A DNA stretch of 63,138 bases, counting the filler, from Octopus bimaculoides (lineage: Eukaryota), in NCBI RefSeq assembly GCF_001194135.2. It is 6 parts of 5 records of this genome, joined end to end, with 100 filler letters (N's around TTAATTAATTAA, not from the genome) between each part and the next. Parts side by side here need not be neighbours in the genome. Positions count along the whole stretch, not along the records: positions 10,900 to 28,186 come from NC_068991.1; positions 28,287 to 42,978 come from NC_068981.1; 4 more parts are not named here. One strand, written 5' to 3'. Of this stretch, positions 26,960 through 38,118 are shown one piece after another. Below the pieces are notes generated by a model that had not been told where the DNA came from, did not search any database, and was given only the letters and a program-made list of their open reading frames with translations. The translations under genes and the position numbers were made by a program. Each line of letters starts with the position of its first letter. Positions within the stretch are counted from its first letter, which is position 1.

Positions 26960-28085
26960 CATGTATGTATGTTCGTATGTATGTATATGCATATTTGGCT
27001 ATTAACTCGTTATCGAGCCTTCCAGAATTTGCACTCCTTCCCACTTTTCCTTCAAGATGGTCTGCTTTCCTGTCACGCTTGGAAGGCTCAGTGATGAAGG
27101 GGTCATATACCAGTTTGACGAACCAGTTACATTTATCAAGCACCAACACCTAGTTCAACGTCACACGGGGGACTCGCACACCTATGATGACGTTGCCTTG
27201 CGGAACGAATCCGAAGTATGTGACACCCGTCCTCTTCATCATTATTTTGGACAACACCCCGAAGGGAGATGTTCTGCTTAACCGTTCCACTAAGGAATAA
27301 AGTACCGAAACCTTGTGAATTTCGAACTTGAATATCGGAAATTAAAATATGAATAAATAGTTTGATATCCTAGTGTGAATAGTAGTGTGAATTATACCAT
27401 GGCACATACATACTTACATACATTCATATGCATATATGGTTCTTTGTATACGCTCACACAAAAATATAAATTCGAGAAGTTATATAATCTAAAATAAAAT
27501 TTGATTAAATATTTAAAATAAATAAAACGCAGTAAAAAGAATTAAATTACGATTAAGGATATCGTTAGGATAATTGAATATTATGTGAAGAAGCGATATT
27601 TAATATGTTTTTGGTTTTCTGTTGAAAAATATCAAATTAGATTAATATATTACACGTAGTAAGGTAACTAAAGTTACATTCGATAGCGAATTTAATTTGT
27701 TAAATTCCTTTATAAATCATATAGGTTCGAAACCGTCATATTGAATTAATATGAATTTGTCTGATGCTGTAATAACACATTATCTTCACGTTTGAGATCT
27801 AGATTTGTTTCACAAGCTCTTGAATAAAAAAAAAGTGCTAATGTATAGTTATATACGTTATGATACACATTTATTTCTGAGAATTGTGTATAAATTGAGA
27901 AACGTTCGAAAGTTTCGATTGACGTCAACTTGAGTGGAAATTATTCACCGAAATGATTGAGTTTCAACGCACTATGTGTGGATATATATATATATGGGAG
28001 AATATACAAATAATAACAACAGACGAGGACAGGTGGTGTAAATAACAAAAGGATATATTAGTATGACGCTCGGGAATACGGAAAG

Positions 28086-28122
28086 TCTTTGACGTTTCGA
28101 GCTACGCTCTTCAACAGAAAGA
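28086..28122 (-). ncRNA. Minimal type I hammerhead-like motif, family F copy 3 (element spans about 28010-28160)
   Basis: Minus strand: UCUUU-CUGUUGA-A-GAGC(GUA)GCUC-GAAAC-GUC-AAAGA. It has a perfect 5-bp helix I, a 4-bp helix II, a palindromic ACGU helix III and a GUC triplet. The core differs from CUGAUGA at position 6. Confidence 0.6.
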
Positions 28123-28463
28123 ATACGGAGACAAGGAGAAAAACACGGAGAAAAAAAATTGAATGTATATATATATATATATATATNNNNNNNNNNNNNN
28201 NNNNNNNNNNNNNNNNNNNNNNNNNNNNNNTTAATTAATTAANNNNNNNNNNNNNNNNNNNNNNNNNNNNNNNNNNNNNNNNNNNNGCAATCTGTGTGGG
28301 TGTTTTTTCAAAACACTGTCTGGTTTAAAAAGCCACATCAGACGCCATGAAAGGGCTAAGGTGTAGGTGCAGGAGGTGGTCAAACTCTGTTTAAGGAGTA
28401 GACAACCACCATGTATGTATGTATGTATGTATGTATGTATGTATGCATGCATGCTTGCATGCC

Positions 28464-28507
<44 letters not shown>

Positions 28508-28884
28508 GATCTATCTATCTATCTATATATATATATATATACACCCCCAGCATGGCCACAGCCTTAGAGTTGAAACGTATAAAAGACTATATAACTCTGT
28601 GTGTGCGTGCATGCAAGTGATATGTTTAACGCTCCCTTTTAACTCTTTGAATTCTCTCTGTAAGTAAGATTCTTTTTCATTAATATATGAGTTGCTAAAT
28701 ATTGAATTTTGGAAATATCTCCAATATTTTCATTGTTTTGAGGAGACCGAATTTGCCAGATCCGCGTTAAGTGTTGGTGTTTTCTTGAGGGTTTTTTTCA
28801 TAAATTTTATTATGCGTAGTGACGCTTGATCTGAATACTAAAAATGGATGTTATCAATAATAATAATGCTGTTTAGTTATAAAC

Positions 28885-29237
28885 TGTGGAGGCGCAATGG
28901 CCCAGTGGTTAGGGCAGCAGACTCGCGGTCATAGGATCGCGGTTTCGATTCCCAGACCGGGCGTTGTGAGTGTTTATTGAGCGAAAACACCTAAAGCTCC
29001 ACGAGGCCCCGGCAGGGGATGGTGGTGAACCCTGCTGTACTCTTCCACCACAACTTTCTCTTACTTCCTGTTTCTGTTGTGCCTGTAATTCAAAGGGTCA
29101 GCCTTGTCACACTGTGTCACGCTGAATATCCTCGAGAACTACGTTAAGGGTACACGTGTGTGTGGAGTGCTCAGGCACTTGCACGTTGATCGGATCAACT
29201 GGAACCCTCGACGTCGTAAGCGACGGAGTACCAACAC
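28885..29237 (+). mobile_element. tRNA-headed SINE family D, full length, 10-bp TSD
   Basis: A-box TGGCCCAGTGGTTAGG and B-box GGTTTCGATTCCC; ends GGAGTACCAACAC. AGTTATAAAC flanks it at 28875-28884 and 29238-29247. Confidence 0.93.
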
Positions 29238-29640
29238 AGTTATAAACTAATTACAGACCTAACATATTNNNNNNNNNNNNNNNNNNNNNNNNNNNNNNNN
29301 NNNNNNNNNNNNNNNNNNNNNNNNNNNNNNNNNNNNNNNNNNNNNNNNNNNNNNNNNNNNNNNNNNNNNNNNNNNNNNNNNNNNNNNNNNNNNNNNNNNN
29401 NNNNNNNNNNNNNNNNNNNNNNNNNNNNNNNNNNNNNNNNNNNNNNNNNNNNNNNNNNNNNNNNNNNNNNNNNNNNNNNNNNNNNNNNNNNNNNNNNNNN
29501 NNNNNNNNNNNNNNNNNNNNNNNNNNNNNNNNNNNNNNNNNNNNNNNNNNNNNNNNNNNNNNNNNNNNNNNNNNNNNNNNNNNNNNNNNNNNNNNNNNNN
29601 NNNNNNNNNNNNNNNNNNNNNNNNNNNNNNATGTTTTCGT

Positions 29641-29940
29641 GTTCAGTACCACTGCGCGGAGCCTTGGGCAGGTGTCTTCTACTATAGCCTCGAGCCGACC
29701 AAAGCTTTGTGAGTGGATTTTCATAGACTGAATGTGTAAAAAGCCCGTCGAGTGTGTGTGTGTGTGTGTGTGTGTTACATCCTCGTAACATAGCTGTCTG
29801 GTCAAAGAGGCCGATAAAATAAGTACTAAACTTTCAAAAAAAAAAAAGATAAATACTGGGGTCGATTCATTCAACTAAAACTTCTCCAAGGAGGTACCCC
29901 AGTCCGCAGTCTAACGAGTGAAATAAGTGAAAGACAAAAA
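29641..29940 (+). mobile_element. SINE family B (5' end in a gap)
   Basis: GTTCAGTACCACTGCGCGGAGCCTTGGGCAGGTGTCTT...CCGCAGTCTAACGAGTGAAATAAGTG. Confidence 0.85.
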
Positions 29941-29974
29941 ATAAATAGATAACAATCATAAAAGTTTAAAGTGA

Positions 29975-30200
29975 AGAAAAGACTGCGTGCTGTCAGAGTC
30001 GTTAACACGCTGGACGAACTGCGTGGCAGTATTTCGTTCGCTTTCATGTTCCGAGTTCAAATTCCGTCGTGGTTGACTTTACTTTTCATCCTTTAGGAGT
30101 CGATAAAATAAGTACCAGTCGAGCACTGGGGTTAATGTAATTGACTACCCTCCTCACCCAAATTTCAGGCTTTGTGTCTATAATAGAAAGGATTATTATT
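29975..30200 (+). mobile_element. SINE family A, diverged
   Basis: Colinear head, GAGTTCAAATTCC, and tail GGCTTTGTGTCTATAATAGAAAGGATTATTATT. Confidence 0.8.
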
Positions 30201-33200
30201 AGTAGTAGTAGTAGTAGCAGGAGGAGAAGGCGGAGGGAAGAGGAGGGGAAGGTGAAGGAAGAAATAGAAAAGCAGCAATAGATAGAGGAGAAAATAGAGG
30301 AAGTGGATTATTTGTTGTGATTGTATAAGAGTTGGTGTAATATCAGTTGTAGTCGATGAAAGAGTGAGGAGAAGAGTAAATCCACATGAGGTGGTGTTAC
30401 CAAGCAATCAACAACGAGTATGGGATTTGTGTGTATTTTTGTTGATATTTTTTTTTTAAGGTTTTTGCAAAATTCAAGCCGATCACTCACAAAGTGATAA
30501 GGTTTCTTTGTTTGAATGAAAAATGTTCTGGGGATTTGCGCATATGTGAATACGAACTAATGTGTGCATAATAAATGAGCATATGGGTGGATTTATTTGT
30601 ACTCATGCAAAGGATGAGCATGTCTCATAAGTGTGTAACATTAGCTTTTATGTGTGTATATGCGCATATGCACATATGCGATGGTATCTTTGTGTTAAAA
30701 TTCATAAACTCAAATGGAGAGTCTCCTATATTCACCAGCGTCCCATCCGGGGTGGGGGTGGATATATATGCTTCAGAGTTCAAGAAACCGGGTTCATGAG
30801 ACTATGGCTCAGGAAGGACCTTTGATTCGTTTTGATGTATGCTATGTCACCTTATGTTATGTTATGTTATGCTATGTTATGTTACGTAGCGTGCAATCCA
30901 GTGCATCCTGCAGCATGGTTGGGTCATTAGAGACAAAAGTGGTAACACCACCAAGCCGACATAGTGAAAAGGGAGATTCTTGAACACCTTGCGAAAAACA
31001 GAATCTGAGAGGGAATGAATGAACTCAAAACATCAACGGCCTTGAAATTTGCCATTACTTTTACTGTGTGTTAAGTTTTGAGGTGAGGTGTTTTGTCTGT
31101 CATGAATTTCTGTCATATCACGAAAGAAGTTACTGCATTATTCTTATTTTCGTGCTCCATGCTTCTTATACTTTCTAGGATATTATTACTTGTGTTTTTT
31201 GCATAAGTGAAAATGTTGATTCTCCTCGTTAATGTTACACAATTTCCATTTTCTTCGGACATCATTTGATTGCTGCTTTAAATACTTAATCCCAAAATGT
31301 ACAAAGCTGAGCTATTTTAAATCCCAGTACTTCAGCGTTTTTATGAAGCAGATTGAATAACTTTCATATGCCATTTCATAAATATTTTGTATGTCTGATT
31401 CGTATCAAAAGAAGGTTTATTTTTTTTGATAACTTCTGCTCTTACATTATTGACGTTGGTTTCATATCTCTCATCGTCCGTACATTGTAATTATTCTGGC
31501 TTATATGTGGAAACTTTATTTATCTGTTTGAATATTGCTACGTCTCTGGTACACAAGTTTTCTTTTTCATGATTATTTGACCAGACTACTTGAGAGAACG
31601 AAAATTGTTTAGAATATTATTCTCTATAGCATGGCGAATACCATTTGATTAAAATAACTTCATTAAATTTCCAGTTACATTTATTATTGGCTAAAAACAG
31701 GAATCAACTGCGAATATATATTTACATTTTTAAACAAAAAATTTATACAAAAAGGTAAGAGCCTCACATTTTATTCCTTTTTTATAGGTACACTTTATCA
31801 CACACACACAGCTTTCTTTTTGTTTCTTTCTCTCCCTTTAGCTATCTATCTGTCTGTCTGTCTGTCTGTCTGTTTGCTTGCATGTATGTGTATGTATATA
31901 CATGCATATATGTGTGTGTGCATACACATTTATATATATGTGTGCGTGTGTATATATATATATATATATATATATGTTTATTCATACATACACATTAAAA
32001 CTATGTTTGTCTCTTTCTATAAATAAAATGATATATATTTGTGAAACAAACAAAACCTGCTTTGGAAACTGTATATATTTTGACGCTATCGAATATCTGC
32101 TAAAACACCGAAGCAGTATTCGCTAACATTGCATGGATATAAAATGTATGCTAAAATTACATATGTCATTACCATCCGATGAGAATACCTAAGCATGACT
32201 AGCTAAAATTACATCAGCTAACTATGAAGCTCAATAAATCATGAACTATTAATCTATAGAGAATTATAAATTCAATCCACGATAAGCAAAAACAGTAGGA
32301 TAACATTTAACAATAGGTTTATTTACATTCTCCACCGGTCGATAAATCAATGTGACAAGCTAGAGCGACCATAATAGATTGTGCATACGATATCAGGCTT
32401 CGATTTTGACACCAAGAAAACGATACATACGTAAAATGACGAATACTATAAATAAAATCAAAAGAGTGAATGTCACTTAGACGAAGATTTACTATAATGC
32501 AAGCCAAGTTCTTAACTGGTATAGAAAGGATGAATGGGAAACTGGGGCCGCAACTTTGAACTCAGGCCATTAAAAGCTTGCTTCAATGTGTTCGGTTTGG
32601 GGTTTAAGTTAGACATGATCTGGACCAATCTTTTGTCGAAACATATCTAAGTTATCTAATAAGAAATTACTATAATGTGACACAGAGGCGACTCCAGGTC
32701 ATCAACGTCACTCAGGCTGATCACAGATTTTGCATAAGATACATACCTGCTTTAAGAATTTCACGTTTTTTCGCTTTATTTATAGCCCCAAATGGCTTCA
32801 TATATATATATATATATAGAACTGTCTTTCTCCATTTCTAAGTTTAGGGTAAAAATAAAGCAACCCTGCAAAACACAACTGATCTTTACACACAGACGCA
32901 GAGCAATCAAATAACGACAACAGAGTGCACAACAAACATCAGCGATTTGACAGTCGCCTGCACTCTTGACAAGAGATACTAGTTAGTCTTTTACATACCA
33001 GGCTCGTTCGTATTAGCTCGAGTTGCTGGATAATTTTTCGTTCCTTTAAGAATATTGTAGAACGGAAACTTTTCGTAGATTTTATAGATTGGAATTTAAA
33101 TCCTAATCTCTATAGAAATTTATTGTTTCAAGAAAACATTGAATTTGAATTACTTTTAATTTTTACGATTGTAGATAACAATTCGGGAGTGACTTCTGAG

Positions 33201-33399
33201 CCCGAGTCAGGCACGTGTGAACGATGTCGAGAGAACGTCTGCTACGAATGATATTTTTTGACCCCAGTCACCTCTAAGACGACCGCCAAACGCTGAACGA
33301 AAATAAATGAACTGTGACTAGGCTCAATAAAAGGAACCTGTGTTATTGGCTGCAATTACATATCTGAAGTTAGTGTTGGCAGAAATTAAATCAGCTTGC

Positions 33400-33943
33400 T
33401 AATACACGTTCACTTTATTAGATTTATACTTGGACTAAGCCGGAACAGCCCGAGTGCTGGAGTCGCCAATGATGTGACATAAGCTTTTTCATGAAATCTA
33501 CTGTTAAACGTTGTCATATGTTATCTCTCTGGCCTCAGCAGACAAAATGGAAAAGGTGTTGTCCCGAAAGATCGTGAAGGAAATCCGCTGAAACAACCAC
33601 TCTGACTCACGGAGCTCACACTTGCGAACAATTATTTCTGCCTCGATAGTGGTGAGCAGGAATATGGTCCGGGGGCCAAGAATGCCGGAGGTCTCCACTC
33701 CACAAGCCCATCCATAAACGTGTCGGAGAGCGACCGATATTTAGACAGCTTGGCCTAGACGCTGCAGGCTTCCCTTCCCAGCTCGAGCCAGCGAGACTAG
33801 AACGACGAGACGGCAAAAGGAAGGACGGTATGACAGTTTTCCCGTTCCGTGGTGGCATGTCCCTCATCTGGACTGTTACATGCTGTGACACCTTCTCCAT
33901 CAGCAACTTAGGGCGGTTAGCCACCTGCCCCGGCTCCGCTGTC
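33400..33943 (-). mobile_element. CRE-like non-LTR retrotransposon 3' fragment with inverted 5' segment
   Basis: The plus strand at 33752-33943 reads GLDAAGFPSQLEPARLERRDGKRKDGMTVFPFRGGMSLIWTVTCCDTFSISNLGRLATCPGSAV. The minus strand at 33751-33504 continues KLSKYRSLSD..GVETSGILGPRT...RESEWLFQRISFTIFRDNTFSILSA...stop. AATAAA lies at 33419-33414. Confidence 0.8.
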
Positions 33944-34446
33944 CATTAAAAGCTGAGTGAATATTGCAGGATATTTTGTCCAACACTATAACAGTTTTGC
34001 TAACCCAACACACTGAATTTGAAAAATTTATTAAATGTGTTAAGGTTTTTATATTATATGAACTCTACATTTATTTTGTTAAGCCTTTATTTTATATTTA
34101 GATTTCAAAAATAATTTTAATACACCATTTCGTAGGAGGCGTCGTAAATTCGCAACTTCAATATTGTTTTTTGTTAATATAAGCGGCTTATCTACAANNN
34201 NNNNNNNCGTAAATATTTATTTGCACTGGAACTAAATTAATTCACCGCGCTCTTCTGGACGGGATCAAAGTCATCAAGAAAATTAATTACGACTTTAAAG
34301 GATTCTTTTCCTTTTCATTCTTCTTTTCTTCTTTTTTTCTTTTTTATTCTACCGATGAGTAAAATAAATGAAGAGCGAGCCGAACGGGATTTCTTCGTTA
34401 CATATGCTTAAAGTAAATATGAAGTAGTGTCTATATGTATGTGTGC

Positions 34447-34481
<35 letters not shown>

Positions 34482-35458
34482 CGTATGTGTGCATGCATGT
34501 ACGTGTGTGTGATGTGTGTGTGTGGATGTGCATGTATGTGTACGTGTGTACATTATGAATACATTAACACATACATGCGTGCAACGCACATACGTATATA
34601 TCAATTGGAGGAATTTCAACCATGTTTCGTGGTCTGCTACCACAACAGCTCATTTATAGGATCCAGTTAGCTGAAGACATCATCAGGAGGAACCACGTCC
34701 GGTTTCGGCCCCTACTCCTCTACCGTTTTGACGTGGCGGGGCCACCCCCTTTCGGAGGTGTCTTCAGCTCTGGTGTTGGGTGCATGTCTTCTTTCGCTGT
34801 TTGTGACTGTTCTAATTCAACTGTGGAATGTCCCTCGCTATGGTTATTTTCCGGAAGGTTCTCGCCACACGTCTTACGGTTCATCAACCCGCGTTGTTGA
34901 TGTATATATGAATTACATGCGTGTGTATGTATTTATACATGTTTGCATTTATATATACGTGTGTGTNNNNNNNNNNNNNNNNNNNNNNNNNNNNNNNNNN
35001 NNNNNNNNNNNNNNNNNNNNNNNNNNNNNNNNNNNNNNNNNNNNNNNNNNNNNNNNNNNNNNNNNNNNNNNNNNNNNNNNNNNNNNNNNNNNNNNNNNNN
35101 NNNNNNNNNNNNNNNNNNNNNNNNNNNNNNNNNNNNNNNNNNNNNNNNNNNNNNNNNNNNNNNNNNNNNNNNNNNNNNNNNNNNNNNNNNNNNNNNNNNN
35201 NNNNNNNNNNNNNNNNNNNNNNNNNNNNNNNNNNNNNNNNNNNNNNNNNNNNNNNNNNNNNNNNNNNNNNNNNNNNNNNNNNNNNNNNNNNNNNNNNNNN
35301 NNNNNNNNNNNNNNNNNNNNNNNNNNNNNNNNNNNNNNNNNNNNNNNNNNNNNNNNNNNNNNNNNNNNNNNNNNNNNNNNNNNNNNNNNNNNNNNNNNNN
35401 NNNNNNNNNNNNNNNNNNNNNNNNNNNNNNNNNNNNNNNNNNNNNNNNNNNNNNNNNN

Positions 35459-35764
35459 TGAGTGTTTATTGAGCGAAAAATACCTAAAGCTCCACGAGGC
35501 TCCGGTAGGGGATGGTGGCGGACCCTGCTGTACTCTTTCACCACAACTTTATCTCACTCTTACTTCCTGTTTCTGTTGTGCCTGTAATTCAAAGGGTCAG
35601 CCTTGTCACACTGTGTCACGCTGAATATTTCCGAGAACTGCGTTAAGGGCACACGTGTCTGTGGAGTGCTCAACCACTTGCACGTTAATTTCACGAGTAG
35701 GCTGTTCTGTTGATCTGATCAACTGGAACCCTCGACGTCGTAAGCGACAGAGTGCCAACAACAA
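35459..35764 (+). mobile_element. SINE family D (head in a gap)
   Basis: Near-identical to 28965-29237; ends GAGTGCCAACAACAA. Confidence 0.9.
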
Positions 35765-35779
35765 TGTATTCATGCATGC

Positions 35780-36265
35780 ATACGTGCAGATTTGTATTTT
35801 TGTCGTATGTATGTCTTCTCATGCATATACTTGTATATCTAGATATGCTCATATATACTTAAATGATAAACTTCTCGAAAGTTATACAGATTTTTACAGT
35901 TGCAGTGATGGCTTGGATGTGTAGTCTGCTAATCAAATACCTACATCAGGTATTTGGTTGATATTTCCTGTTCTGGATTGCAAACGCATACCCTTCAAAG
36001 TAGGGGATAATAATCCGGCTGTTGGTCCACCAGAGACTGCTTTGATGATCAATATTACTATCACTTGGAGTTTTACAGTTCAAGTGATGGCTTGGATCTG
36101 TAATCTTCGAATCAGCTTTCTCCTTTCTGGTTTTCAGAAGCCAAATTTCTCAAGACTGGTACTCAGGCAGTGTGTTACATCTCCCAGTGCTCCAGTAATT
36201 ATAGATATAAACACAGAATCACTGGTTCAGTATTTGCAGGATTTGCTTCCGTTCCGGAAGTGGTA
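35780..36265 (-). mobile_element. R4/Dong-like LINE 3' end, rearranged
   Basis: Minus strand: FISIITGALGDVTHCLSTSLEKFGF*KPERRKLIRRLQIQAIT*TVK, then DHQSSLWW...FEGYAFAIQ, then SRLHIQAITATVKICITFEKFII*. Confidence 0.7.
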
Positions 36266-37124
36266 AAGCGCTTGCGCAATTACAAAAGTACGTAGAATCA
36301 TAAAAATGATCCGTTCATATAACGAAATTACCTCCAATCTTCTCCACATGAACTCCAAGGCGGGCTATTATAAATCAAACATCACAAAGGATGGAGTCCG
36401 TTAAATACATCGTCGGTTATTAGCCGTGTATGCATCAAGTAAAATTTAACATCGTGAGCAAATGCATCGTTTTTATTTTCTTTCTGTTGAGTAAATACGG
36501 CACTAAATATTATTTAAAGTATTAATTCTTCCATACATTAAATATTATTTAGATATTATATAAAGTATTAAAAAGTAAACATGTCATGTTAAGATTAACT
36601 CTATTCGAAATATAATTCTCAACATCCTGTGTGTTTGTATGTATGCGGATTTTTCTCCGTAAAATGTAAATATCAGAGAGACAATCTTTTGAATTTTTCT
36701 GAAAAAGTATTCGACTTGCCAGATTTATTGAAGTTAAATGTCACAGACAACAATAACAAGCTGTATAATTTTGATCGTTTTTGAATTAACGAAAGTTGTA
36801 TATATAACTTTCGATAGGTAAAAAGCGTAGCTATAGTTATCGTATGTTAAGAAAACTGAAAATAATACGACTTGATTTAGTGAACATAGAAATTTTGTAT
36901 ATTAATCTTTGACAGACAAGTAGATGTACTGAAGTGAGATGGTAGCGATATTGATAATAACCCGAGTAATTTTGAACATCGGTCCGTGTATTCAGAAAAC
37001 TCAAGAGCATTGTTTCCTTTGGTTTTTACATACACACATACACACGCGCGCACAGATACGTCAGCAATGTGACCACACACACGCTGATGGTTATTTCTTT
37101 TCCTTCTTTGGACTTTCCCCTTTC

Positions 37125-37160
37125 TCTTTTCCGACGAAGAGCTATGCTCGAAACGTTGAA
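37125..37160 (+). ncRNA. Hammerhead-like motif, family F-related (element spans about 37085-37240)
   Basis: UUU-CCGACGA-A-GAGC(UAU)GCUC-GAAAC-GUU-GAA. The downstream GCGTCAAGCTAATATATTCCTTGT is homologous to the family F flank GCGTCATACTAATATATCCTTTTGT. Confidence 0.55.
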
Positions 37161-38118
37161 CTCTCTCTTTTCACCGTGCGTCAAGCTAATATATTCCTTG
37201 TGCACGTCCTCTTGTCCCTTAAATTTATTATTCGTTTTTTTTTCTTTTCTAGTTGATTGTTTATTTGAATTGGCNNNNNNNNNNNNNNNNNNNNNNNNNN
37301 NNNNNNNNNNNNNNNNNNNNNNNNNNNNNNNNNNNNNNNNNNNNNNNNNNNNNNNNNNNNNNNNNNNNNNNNNNNNNNNNNNNNNNNNNNNNNNNNNNNN
37401 NNNNNNNNNNNNNNNNNNNNNNNNNNNNNNNNNNNNNNNNNNNNNNNNNNNNNNNNNNNNNNNNNNNNNNNNNNNNNNNNNNNNNNNNNNNNNNNNNNNN
37501 NNNNNNNNNNNNNNNNNNNNNNNNNNNNNNNNNNNNNNNNNNNNNNNNNNNNNNNNNNNNNNNNNNNNNNNNNNNNNNNNNNNNNNNNNNNNNNNNNNNN
37601 NNNNNNNNNNNNNNNNNNNNNNNNNNNNNNNNNNNNNNNNNNNNNNNNNNNNNNNNNNNNNNNNNNNNNNNNNNNNNNNNNNNNNNNNNNNNNNNNNNNN
37701 NNNNNNNNNNNNNNNNNNNNNNNNNNNNNNNNNNNNNNNNNNNNNNNNNNNNNNNNNNNNNNNNNNNNNNNNNNNNNNNNNNNNNNNNNNNNNNNNNNNN
37801 NNNNNNNNNNNNNNNNNNNNNNNNNNNNNNNNNNNNNNNNNNNNNNNNNNNNNNNNNNNNNNNNNNNNNNNNNNNNNNNNNNNNNNNNNNNNNNNNNNNN
37901 NNNNNNNNNNNNNNNNNNNNNNNNNNNNNNNNNNNNNNNNNNNNNNNNNNNNNNNNNNNNNNNNNNNNNNNNNNNNNNNNNNNNNNNNNNNNNNNNNNNN
38001 NNNNNNNNNNNNNNNNNNNNNNNNNNNNNNNNNNNNNNNNNNNNNNNNNNNNNNNNNNNNNNNNNNNNNNNNNNNNNNNNNNNNNNNNNNNNNNNNNNNN
38101 NNNNNNNNNNNNNNNNNN

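Noticed and set aside
28885-28960. tRNA gene candidates in SINE heads (A and B boxes)
   Set aside because: There is no closed cloverleaf, and each continues into a shared SINE body.
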